Of a stretch of DNA of 64,000 nucleotides, positions 11,612 to 23,056 are shown piece by piece. This stretch comes from Spizellomyces punctatus DAOM BR117. Lineage: Eukaryota. The position numbers and the translations under genes were made by a program. The notes beneath the pieces were generated by a model. It saw only the letters and a list, made by a program, of their open reading frames with translations, was not told where the DNA came from and ran no database searches. The DNA lies in assembly GCA_000182565.2 (NCBI GenBank), contig KQ257450.1. The stretch is one strand, 5' to 3'. The stretch's first letter is position 1, and every line of letters begins with the position of its first letter.

Positions 11612-13816
11612 ATGCTTACACCGGCATTCACCATATCTCAGGATGAAGAGTTTGTTACTGTCGTAATAAAATGTCCCTATATAAAGGTACGCTTTCCTTA
11701 CCTGCACGCTGTAATGCGGAGCCGCCGGTTACTAACTTCCCTTGACCGCCTAGGCACAAGAAGTAGAATTCTTCATTAATGACACAGAGTTCAAGTTTTA
11801 TGTGAGACCATATTTCCTACGGTGAGTGACATAGAACATAATTGAGCTTTAAGAGACTTGACGTAAGCACGGCAGAAGATAGGAAGAAGAGGATAGGTGG
11901 TTGCCTTTGGACCTTTTAGAATGGATAGTTACGATTACATAGGACAGCTCAAAATGTGCTATGAATGAGAAGGATATCTAAACACTTGAATGTGATAGAC
12001 TCACATTTCCCGCATCCATTATCGAAGATGGGCGAGAGAAAGCATCGTATAATGTCGATCGAGGAGAAATCACTGTCCTTCTGCCCAAAGCAACACGCGG
12101 AGAGGAGTTCCCGGATCTGGATTTGATCACTAAGCTTATGGCCTCCAAAAGCGGTCCACCTGGCCCAGACTTCAGATTATCATCTGAAGGACGATCCGTT
12201 GAGCAACTTGCACCACCTCGGGATAGCCAGAAGCCGCTGATTGAGGTTATAGGCGAATCTCCCGTTCTTGAAACTGATGGGAATCAAGCCGATAGTATGA
12301 TATCTGATGGTATGTTGACTAGATCAATGCCAGAGGGGGGGCTTCAAATTGACTTACCGAAAACTTGTTGCCTCCTATACTAACAGAAATTGAGGAAGAG
12401 TTCAATTGGGATTACCCGCAGGAGGTTCCTCTGCAGCCCGTAAGCAGTTCGTAATATTCCAGGGTAAAACATCCCGGCTTTTTAACAGAATTCCGCAGGA
12501 ACTGCAAACAGGAGCGCGGTACGGGTTCAACAATGCGTATAGCGGATACGGAACACATGTGGAGCATCTTACCCAGGAAATCCTGGACATCACCCATATT
12601 GATACATCTACGCCCTCTACGAGGAAGGAAGCGAGAATAGCGAGAGAAGATGCTAAATTTGACGACGAATATTTTATGTGGGTATTGCGAGCCAGCGCGC
12701 AGAATGCAGGGTTGGCTAATAGTGTTGCATAGGGCCGATTTTGTAAACGATGAAGAGATTCAGAGATTGATCAAATTCAGACCAGATTTCTGGAAAGCCT
12801 TGAAACGGATTCAGAAAGCAAAGTCCTCTGCCGATCCGGGCAATTCGGGTACATACACTGCTGCTCGGTCGTACTCGGTCCGCTTGTGCTTAATGGAATA
12901 ATTATAGCGACCGCGCCGGTATCCACACCTGAGGGTGAACAAAATTTCAGCGAGTCTGCACCAGGACCATCACCAGCATCAGCCATCGATAGCCCTTGGT
13001 TAACGTTTACAGAGGAGGAGCAAGAGCGTATGCGTCAGCTTCCGAATAAAGAATGTACGTAACCCTCGCAGACCGTTCTAGCATGAATCCCCCTAGTCAA
13101 ACTCTTTTTTCCTAGATCTTCTCGACAATGGGCGCGCCATTTACCTCGGTCTAGTCGATATCGTGTATGCGTACTGTTACAATTATCGCACCACAGAAGG
13201 TGAAAGCACGGTTGAATCCCCATGGACCATCGCTAAATTAAGTTCGACTCTATCGTGCTTCGATGTATGCAAACATCTCTTGCGCGCACTATTTCATGTT
13301 TTTGCGATGGATCAGGAACTAATCAGTATTCCCTACTAGACCTTTTCGACCCTCCGCGAAACCCTCATTGCGAGTATTCGACGAACCCTGGCATACCCGC
13401 TTCACAGGCATTTCGCATTATCACTCCGTTGCATTGAGGACACTGCTATCCTCTTCAAGCTTGGAAAGCGTGCATTGTTGAAAGTTCTTTTAGAAGTGAA
13501 CGCACTCATTGGAAGAGACGATCGGATGTACGTATTGAGTACATTGTGGTTGACGGATTATTGTGTATGGATACAGAGGGCAAAGTATGCATCCGTTCAT
13601 TATTATTTTATCTGCACCGAGCTGACTAATGACCCGGCGCTATGTAGCGATAAAATGCTGCAATCGTTAGCGAGCGAGCTTAACCACATCAGCATATCGA
13701 AACAGGAGACTGGATGGCCATTGGAAGAGTTGGAGCAAGTCGCGCAAGAAGTGACGGCAGAGCTGGATGAAGAGGAACGAGATTCAGACAGCATGGAGCG
13801 ATCATACCTCTCTTGA
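11612..13816 (+). CDS. SHQ1: H/ACA RNP assembly chaperone Shq1, multi-exon
   Basis: MLTPAFTISQDEEFV (CS domain), FKFYVRPYFL, YGFNNAYSG, EDAKFDDEY, LWLTDYCVWIQ, GWPLEELE. Confidence 0.9.
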
Positions 13817-13994
13817 CGATTGATCTTGTACCGCTATCATAAATTATACATGTTACGTTCCATACTCCCAGCGGGGAGCATAGAATGATGAACGCCACAT
13901 ATTTTCTTAGACTTCCATTTTACTAATATAAACTATACAAAAGACTCAGATCTAAAAAATATACATAAGGAACGCTACAGTATCTTCAGCATGG

Positions 13995-16900
13995 CTAACT
14001 CGGGTTTGGAAAAGCGCGTAACGTTAAGGAGCGCACAGAGGTATATAAGAAATAATAGATCCCTGTGTACCCCCGCTCTCTTAAATACTCTAATAAGTAC
14101 AATCGCCATTCGTTATATGACATCATCGGGTTCTGCAACGCAATAACAATGTGAGTAAGCAACACGGACGTACTGTGGACATGATGAATAATAAAGGATG
14201 ATACCTCTTTGGACATCAGCAACTTCGGTGTTATCGGACGGAAATGGGGCTTGTCTACCCCCAATACATTCTCACACACCTATAAGGCGACGCTGGTGAG
14301 TAACGTCGTATTCAGTTAGTAGCTAATGATATAGATAGGTACCCGAGTATATTCGTTTGCATGAAGCGCCATCGTGGACGAGAAGGCAAAGCTGAATAGG
14401 CGTTGAGGGTCCGTTCGATTCCGTTCAGCGAGCGAAAGGATGAAATCCAACGCCTCACTAAGGGGAAAAGGCTGCACTTTTAGACCCCAATCGGTAAAGT
14501 GCTCATACGAAATGAAATATGCTTACGAAGAGATATTGAAGAATTTCGCAAACCGGCTGTCGTTCATGAAGGCTTTGTTCAAGTAGATGCAATCGACCAT
14601 ATCCGTGACATAAGCGTTTAGTTGTGTAACCTCTGTCGGATCGGCATTGTAGAATGCCTCTTTTTCGCTAGCATTGAGTACGTCAACAATAGCATAGGCC
14701 TCCTTGTAACTGCAAAGCCGTTAAACGATTGCCGCGAAGAATGGGGTAATAGTTGATCCTTACTCAGCAACCACGCTGCAAATTCGTGATATGGCCATAG
14801 CTGACCCGGAAAAGAATAAACGATATACAAGAGGGGCTGAAGGCAAGGGCATGACCGGTACTCGAAATTCTCTCAGCAGGGAAGGGACCTTTTTTAGGAA
14901 CGGCATATTAGTTTGACCATCCATCAGAATGGAGAAGAGTCCCACTTACCGTCTCCCAGAAGCGCAACGCGGCGTGTTGCAAGCACAACGAATCCCTTTC
15001 CATCTGAAACATCCGTAAGAAGCCCCGCAACAGCAAAAGCAAAGAAACCTGAGTAAACTCACCACAAGACCAACTAAAAGAAGTTTATCAATCTGAAGGA
15101 TTAGGTCATACATGAGACGGAGATGCCCCAATAATCGGCGCTGCTTCTTCTCAGCACTCTCTTGTTCCACCGCTCTAAAGTGTAACAGAGTCAGGCCGGA
15201 ATCCCTCCCTCACCCGTCACGCTGGGTGCACTTACAGCCCTAAATGCAAGGGCCACTCATGATGCCCCCAGCGAATCAGCAGTCCTATGTACATGTGAAT
15301 CAGGGAGGCCTGATCATGATTATGTTACGCATGAGCACATCGTTAGCGTGATCAAGAGCAAAAGAACATGGTACCTTCCAAAAAACATTTGACGTTTTAT
15401 ACAGTTTAAGCAGCGGATTAAAAAATCTGCGGGAAAATACTGTTCAACGGAACCATAAGTACGCGGAAGCAGCCCAGTCAAAGGCATTTTGCATTACCTT
15501 CGTCCGAGAACAACGGCATATATGTGGCTAGCTCGAACACCACCTCAGAATTAGCCGAGCCGTCCCACATTTCAACGTATGCAAGCAATGACTGGTGCGC
15601 GGCATCAGATAACGTCTAATGGATAAAGTGCCGGTGAGATTGAGAATAGACGGCTTGCAGGCTTTGAAAAGTGCTCCCAACCTGTGCTGCCTTGGTCGTC
15701 AGCAGTAAACAGTCTAGACATAGTTTCAACTTCTCTGCTGCTAAAGATATACAATCATAAGACTGCAGCAGTGCTCTCAGACTTCTTCCAGCAGACTCCT
15801 GAATCTCCAATAAGCCTGTGATAATATTAGTTGGTAATCGACTGGGGGATAATGTGCGATCAGATCTTCATGTACTTACGTTGCAAAGAGTATACAGATT
15901 GAAGTTTATGTTTTTCCAAAAACACATCATCACGTTCCCTTTTTCCATGTACGTGGTTGCGGAAATCCGCCAATAATCGCAGATCTTCCCGCATACTTTC
16001 ATCATCCAAGATAAGAGAGGATACGCCTTTTGCCGCTGCCCACTTGTCGCGTATATTCTTTGACAATGCACACCAGAGGACGTCGGAAATCTGATGGTAG
16101 ATCTTAGGCAAGTCACCAGATGTTGGTATTAGGTCCGAGTGACATACCTCCACCTCCATGTGTGGACAATTGGGTGGCATATCAACCAAGTAAGGCCTAA
16201 ATCGATGGAAGGTACCAATGAGGGAGCCCAAATGTGTCGGCTCGTGTCGCGCCTTCGCCCATATTTGTTGCCTAAAACAATTGATCAAACGCATCAACTC
16301 AATGAGTTCCTAGATCTATCCCCCTTCCCCCTTCGCTTGTCTTACAGCTTCCGTATTCGGTAGGGTTTAACATGATATTCCTCGGTAAGATTGCATAACA
16401 AAGAGCAAATCGCGCGTCTTGGACGAATCTGGGTGAGGCCGAGATCCGGTGTTTAGGATGCTCCCGCAACATTTCACATACTGTAGGTTTGGTACCGCCA
16501 GGTAATGGAACAGCACGCCGTAGTACTTCGAAGCGAGCATCTTGCGGTCAGCAGGGTTTATGGCAGCTAAAACCCTCGTCAGCCAAGTCAGAAGAGCTGC
16601 CTGAAAGTCAACAATGAGTTTTAGACAAGGTAGCCGTTGCACCAACGATTCTGAGTGAACGACCTTCAATGAACACCGAGCGGTATTCAGCGATGGATTT
16701 CCTAAGAAGGCCAAAACCTTTCGTACCGCCGTAAGAGACACCTGCTCCTTGGGATAGAGGGACTCCACCAATGCCCGGGCTAACGTTGGATCTTGGTATT
16801 GGGTGGTATAAAATAAGCTTTCTGATATGCTATAGGCATGGTAGAATCTAAACCATGCTCCCCTGACCCGGAAATTCGAGTCATACCAAATTGAGGTTCG

Positions 16901-17230
16901 ACGATTATGTCCAGGAGAGACGCGATCTGGGATTCGGAAAACCCATTTGTAGATCCCAGATCCCGAATCTGTGAAACCAGAAAGGCCAATCTCTGAAGCG
17001 TCTGTCTATCTCTCCGTCGGCGGACAACAGGGCCGACCAATTGAGGCCCTAATCGGAAAAGAATGGTGAATTTCGTTGGTAGAGGATAGTTGACAGGTCC
17101 TCAAAACATCATGACACCCACGTATCAGAACTTTCTTGTGCTCAATTAGCAAGGAGTCTACAAGTGTTTGCATATCCCCGCCATTGACCTCCTTCCTGTC
17201 TGAGAGTGTTTTGACGTCACGAAGGCTCAT
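13995..17230 (-). CDS. Centromere protein I (Mis6/Ctf3)-like, many exons; start approximate
   Basis: LLDIIVEP, SLYPKEQVS..VRKVLAFLG, QAALLTWL, YYGVLFHYLAVPNL, C-terminal YLLEYLRERGYTGIYYFL resemble the Mis6 family pattern. Confidence 0.65.
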
Positions 17231-17480
17231 GGTAAGTGCAAAAGCAATCGTCCTATGCCATGAAGATAACGCTGCTGAACACATCCTCCTGCTGATCACG
17301 TGATTCCGAATGCTTGACTTTGTCCAAGGTGCAATGTGGTAATGCCATACCACTAGCTACTGGCCAAATAAGTACGCATAGTAGGAAAGCTTATACCAAG
17401 GAGGATGACTTTTGTGATAGTAAGACTTTCATACAAAACTTGAAAATTATTTATTGAACATGCAGCTCCGCCCAACAGGT

Positions 17481-18070
17481 CTAAGTGCGGAAGCCCAAGC
17501 CTGCTATAATGATAATTAAAATAAAAGAGATCGCAGCAAAAGTCAATGGGACAGCAGAGTGACGAACTAAGGCCACCGCAAGAATGTGGAGGACTGAAAT
17601 GCACATAAAAGTCCAGAGTAGAGCAGAGGTAGAGCGAGTTCCGCCGGAGAGTGCATTAACCAAGATGGTCGCAACCAGAGCCAAAATCAATGTCATTCGC
17701 GCAACACGCTCGGCATTCTCGGCACCCCCGTGAATCTGCATCATGATATTAATGTTTTGCAATTATACTTATGGGAAATATAGTGAATGCTTACCAGGCC
17801 AAGTTTGTTGGGGCCAGCCTTGCCAGTAGTGGGCGCGGTGTCCGTTGGTGCTGTTGCAGGTGCTGGAAGATCACCTCTAACTTTGCCATTATTCCGGTAG
17901 ATGTAGGCAAGAACCCAGCAAAGGGCCCAGAGAAATAGGTGGATGTAGACTACCACCCACATCTGCCTTCTGTAGTCCGCTGTGGTTACCTCGTTCCTGT
18001 TGATTTACATGGTTTTAGAACCTTTTGTCACTTTTTATAAAGTTAGTCAACTACGATAATGCACATACAT
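17481..18070 (-). CDS. Small (about 150 aa) four-transmembrane protein of unknown function; introns 17997-18068 and 17736-17794
   Basis: Splicing gives MNEVTTADYRRQMWVVVYIHLFLWALCWVLAYIY...GL|IHGGAENAERVARMTLILALVATILV...IIIIAGLGFRT* with four hydrophobic segments and canonical splice sites. Confidence 0.65.
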
Positions 18071-18171
18071 CTTTGCAATTTTGATTAATAGTAGCGTCTG
18101 ACTTGCAGTGGGCTCTCAACTGTGCATAGTAGAGGGTTCAATCGCAGAACCTGGCCCATTTTATCATTGAA

Positions 18172-21084
18172 ATGGATCGGAGTTTCCTTACGTCAGCGCG
18201 ATCTGAGTTTTGCGAGGATGAGGGTAACTGCGTCATTACTGTTTGTGCGTTGCGACGGTACAGGTATGGGATTCGGTTAGAGCGTACGGAGACGGATGAT
18301 GCAACCACGTGCTCGTTGGAAGTTGACGACATGTTTATCTGGCCTGCTGATGAGGGTATTTAGATATCAACACCGAACCTAGTGCCTTACATTGTGTACA
18401 ACTGCTATGCTTTGGAGCATCATATTCCATTAACCATCAGTACCAAGGTTCAGGCATTGTCGGGAGACATGTCGTTTGGTAAGCCAAAGCATTGCTTTAA
18501 CGCGTCGATGGGCGGTGCAACTTGATTCTCATGCGATGAACATTCCTCAGGTATGTAGCTCGGTCGTAATCTCAGATCTATGCCAACCAGTAGAGAGCCA
18601 TAAATAAAATATTTTTTCCTGCCAAAGCTTGAAACCCACATCCGTACGACAACTAGCACTCACCGTGACCAACTGAATCTTTCGGACGATGATCTGGAAG
18701 ACACTATCAAACGTCTCCTTATCGTGCTGTATTCTTGCCACCGGCGTATATCAGAGGACCAGCTGACATGTAGTTCGCCCTCAAAAGCCGCAGTTACACG
18801 TCGAACAATTAGGAAGCACCTATGGGATGCTGTACAAGATTGGGATTTTACGCATTCGGCAAGGATGGTGATTGATCTCTGTTTTCCGGCTCAACTAGGA
18901 ATATTAGGGAACGCAGGTGACCGACGAGGATTCTCCACAATAGATAGGAGGAGCAGTGTTCCACCTGCCTACTCGGATGTGACCGTAGCAAGTGTAGGGT
19001 CAGCAGAGAATCCAGTACCAGACACAGCGCTCTCTGGTTCAACGACGAATGATGCTAGCACTGCCACGATAAAGCCCGCTCCTACCAATGACTCTCCTTT
19101 TGCCGTTCACTATTCAGTCAAGGTGACAAGTCCCGCTGCTAGCAGCTACATTTTTGACGAGTTGGGACCGAAAGAGGAAGCCACGCGAATCATCAAAACG
19201 GCTTTTGAGAAGATCCTCAAAACCTGGACCACATCAATACGTAAGCCTCCAGCAAACAACCAAGCTCTCCGCTGGCCATGGCATCCAATCGACTTGAGCC
19301 ATGAAACACCGGAACTACAGGGGATCGGCCCAGAAAGTGGTCTTTGTCTAGTTGTGCACCACGGAAGTGAACAATTTTCGGCGAGTGATACGAATATCTC
19401 CACCATAATCCAATATTATCTCCGTCACCCTAAGGCGGAGACTCAAGTCGACGTTCACTTCTCGGATGAGAAACCGGGCGCCGATAGTATCCAACGATCA
19501 GTCGAGCGGTCATCCCTGTCGAATGATTTGCACATGTTCTGCTCCTTTGTCAGATATCACACTGAGGGAATAGCAACACTGTCAAAAGCACTGGTTACTT
19601 CAGCCCTTCGTACGTCGACAGGGACGATGACAACGATTTTGACCGCGTTATGGCCTCTGACGGATGCGCGACGGCGGTTGGAGGAAAATGCGCCGAATGG
19701 GCTTGTTATTTGGGGGCCGGATTCAGTGACGGACGATTTGGACCGAAAACAGATTGGAAAGGACATCTGTAGTCTGGTGGAGTTGGATGTTGTTAATAAC
19801 TGGTGTACGGATCGGGAATTGTGCGAGAAGGTGGACTATGTTGTCAATCTGGCTCGAGAGGTGACCTTGACCTTGTTTTTTTTATCGTCTCCTCTATTCC
19901 AACTTATACTATTCTGATCCAGACTCCATGGCGGCTCTTTGCGGTCACCCTATCAATCTCGTCAGAAAGTGCTGTAGCAGCAGAGGGTTTACAAGGATGG
20001 GAAAGTGTACTTCATCAGTACAAAAACATTCTTCTCCTTGTTTTTTTGACAACTGCTGTTGAGCACAAAAAGCGGAGCCTGGTCCATAATGTATGCCTTT
20101 CCCTAGGCTTAGAGTCAGTGTATATTCCGCGTCCCTCTCCTAATGAAAAGGAACGACTTATCCAGCACATTGTCGAGAATTACGCAAACGATGGTATTTA
20201 TATGCTGTAACTTACGGCTATCCTCTAACCTTAAGCTGATACTTTTAGCAGACGCAACAAAGCTTCTCCCAAAATCAGCCGTTACCTTCCTGGCTCACTC
20301 CTCCCTTAATTTCTCGCGGGTCTCGCTTCGCGCGTGCGTATACTCTATCCTCGACGAGCAATTTTGCCAGCGCATCAATGTGACTTCACGGAGCTCATTC
20401 TACGCTGCAGTTGATGTAGTTCCTTTCCGAGATATGCACGCGCATTTACACAGGGTGGCGCGGAAGCATCAAATATCATATAGTCATCCGTCTGAGCTGG
20501 ACGCCGTTCATTCAGTGTGGAGAGCAACGTTTGACAGCCAGGAAGCTATTGCAGATCCTGATTTATTGGAAATCATGCAAATGCGATACACAGAACTTCG
20601 AGATGATTGGTCAAAAGGGGATACGGCAAAGCAACGTACCCTCGATGGAACAACAGGCGCAAGTGCGGACGTGGTTGGATCGTGGATATGGGAGGATGTG
20701 GTGTCTGCAGCAGCCTGTTTAGCAGGACGAATGAGCGCATCCTTTCTCATGGGTATACATTGTTTGCAAGGGGCAAAAGATGATCAGGTACCCCTTGGTT
20801 GGAGGTTGTTGTAAATAGCATGCATGACACCAACGACTTTTGCTTCCGCCTAGGTCTCATCGTTGCAAAGAATACGGCTCGATGCATTGTATCATAACGA
20901 CTCGATTCTGATCATCAATCTCGTCAACGTGGAAGTATCAGGTGCAGTAGAAGCTGCACTTTTGAGTTTTCAAAGGATGGTCGGTGGTGGCAGTGGCAAT
21001 GTGTATATTATTGCATGGACAGATAAGCAGGAGGTAGCAAAATCCGCAAGTGCTTGGGGCAGCCTAGTAATTCGTTGTACATAA
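18172..21084 (+). CDS. Large multi-exon hypothetical protein; start uncertain
   Basis: Long + strand ORFs (18724-19917, 19803-20210, 20143-20814, 20863-21084) joined by GT-AG introns; no family confidently recognised. Confidence 0.55.
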
Positions 21085-21224
21085 GATTGGCTTCATCATT
21101 TGGCCGTGTCCATATATCTATTTCCGCGTACAAGGTGGTCCCCGCCATTAAGATCAAGGTCCGGTACGAACAACCCAAGCATTACAGGATAATACGCCAT
21201 CTAATATAACCTAGTCCCTTATAA

Positions 21225-22092
21225 TTAGAGTTCCCTGTTGAATTCTTCCTCAACAGGAAGCTCAACACAATCTCTGATGATCACATCAGCAATTGGTTTG
21301 TCACCTACAAAAGACAGGAAGATTTCGTTGATGAGTACCATGGCTGACAGCTAATGTGTAGGCAAGCATACCAGGAGCGGTAGGGGTCTTTTCAATGGCA
21401 GTAACAACTTCCATGCCATCAACAACGGAGCCAAAAACTACATGGCGCTGGTCCAACCAACTGGTCTGCACCGTAGTGATAAAGAACTAAATTTAAAGGA
21501 TAAGGACATGTAAGGAACAATTCGTACATATCATCAAAACAAACTTCCATATACCTGACTTCCATTAGTATCCTTCCCAGCATTGGCCATCGACAAAACG
21601 CCAGGACGAGTGTGGCGAAGCTTGAAGTTCTCATCGGGGAACTTGTCGCCATAAATGGATTTACCACCAGTACCATCGCCGCGAGTGAAATCGCCACCTT
21701 GAATCATAAAGTTCTTGATAACACGACTTGTAGGATATTCTATCAGGGGAAATATAGTGACAATGTACACACACACAGAGTTTCTTACTGGAACTTTGAT
21801 CCCTTGTATCCGAATCCTTTCTGTAAAGTGTCACAGAGCGTTAGCAGAGCAAGCGCGATTCGCTAAAAGCAATCCTTCTTTTGCCCACCTCTCCGGTACA
21901 TAAGGCTCGGAAGTTCTCTACAGTCTTTGGTACAGTTTTTCCGTAGAGTCCAATCGTAATGCGGCCCAAGAACTCGCCCTTTTGTTCAATGTCAAAAGCG
22001 ACCTTGTTGGTAACTTTGGGGCCTTTTGCAGCTTCTACGGCAGATGCCGATGCAAGCAAGAAGGTCAACGCGAGGGTAAGAATGTTCCGCAT
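21225..22092 (-). CDS. ER cyclophilin B (peptidyl-prolyl isomerase), multi-exon
   Basis: Signal peptide, [56 protein letters not shown]; ends EEFNREL* (KDEL-like). Confidence 0.95.
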
Positions 22093-22095
22093 GGT

Positions 22096-22179
22096 TTCTT
22101 CAAGTTGGATGGATGAAGATCAGCAACGATGGTGGTGTTCTTCAAGTTGGATGAAGGTAGATCAACAACGATGGTGGTT
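22096..22179. repeat. Two imperfect 42-bp tandem direct repeats immediately upstream of the cyclophilin start codon
   Basis: TTCTTCAAGTTGGATG...AGATCARCAACGATGGTGGT at 22096 and 22138. Confidence 0.85.
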
Positions 22180-22287
22180 TATAGGGGTTGCCACTAGGGG
22201 TCTAGGGTGCTAGGGTGGGGTCCCAACTGATGTGCGCGCCAATGATGAGTGCGCCAAATGTGTCATAATTGTGTTCATCACATGAGT

Positions 22288-22838
22288 GTCACGTGCATTT
22301 TCAATAAGGTTAGAGCATCTCCACTGGTTATAGCATTTTATGGCACAGTCTAGGGCTACTATTTGAATTTGAAATATCTTGATATTTATAGAGATACAGG
22401 GTTAGAGTTGTGGGGAACCAATGAGCCAGCATCTATTTGGAATGCAAATACCGTATGGGTACTGCTGGCCATTTTTGATGCGCGAGGCCTAAATTTCATC
22501 CTTACAGGTGGAATTAACTCTTGCTAATCCTCAGATTCGCAGCAACAGGCGCAAGACGCCTGGGGTTTGCCAGAATCCATCAGTTGGTGGCACCGCGCCG
22601 GATTTGCACCAACAGACACGAGCTTGGCAGGACGCCTGGGGTTTGCCAGAATCCATCAGTTGGTGGCACCGCGCCGGATTTGCACCAACAGACACGAGCT
22701 TGGCAGGACGCCTGGGGTTTGCACCAACAGGCACAAGCCAACAAGCGATGGATTAAATCCATCAACAGATGGCTTCCCCGGTGAGAACCGTACGTATCAG
22801 ATACTGGGAGTCATAACCTTATTGAAAATGCACGTGAC
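22288..22838. mobile_element. MITE-like non-autonomous element bounded by a perfect 25-bp inverted repeat (degenerate similarity may extend to about 22220 and 22905)
   Basis: GTCACGTGCATTTTCAATAAGGTTA (22288-22312) is the exact reverse complement of TAACCTTATTGAAAATGCACGTGAC (22814-22838); no credible coding capacity; no clear target-site duplication. Confidence 0.55.
22555..22738. repeat. 76-bp tandem repeat: 2 identical copies plus a truncated third
   Basis: Unit GACGCCTGGGGTTTGCCAGAATCC...GAGCTTGGCAG starts at 22555, 22631 and 22707. Confidence 0.95.
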
Positions 22839-23056
22839 CAGAACAAAAAGTCACGTGGCAAAGTGCGCGCTCATACTGTAGCAGTGAGTGGGCGCCAGTT
22901 GCGACAGTGTGCGGTGGGCTCTGACTTTGCCACATTGTAGAGGCACAGTTTCCCAAAGCATGCCAAAGTAGGTTGTCCGATGGAATGCAGTTGCAATGTT
23001 TTAACAGCGGTCTCCTTTGCCAGCGACCAGACTATCTAGTGATCTAACCATCTGCA

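Noticed and set aside
22555-22738. Possible CRISPR-like array
   Set aside because: Whole 76-bp units are identical with no unique spacers, there are no cas genes, and the context is eukaryotic
22508-22881. Overlapping ORFs in all frames across the tandem repeat
   Set aside because: Products are frame-shifted copies of the repeat unit with no recognisable protein features
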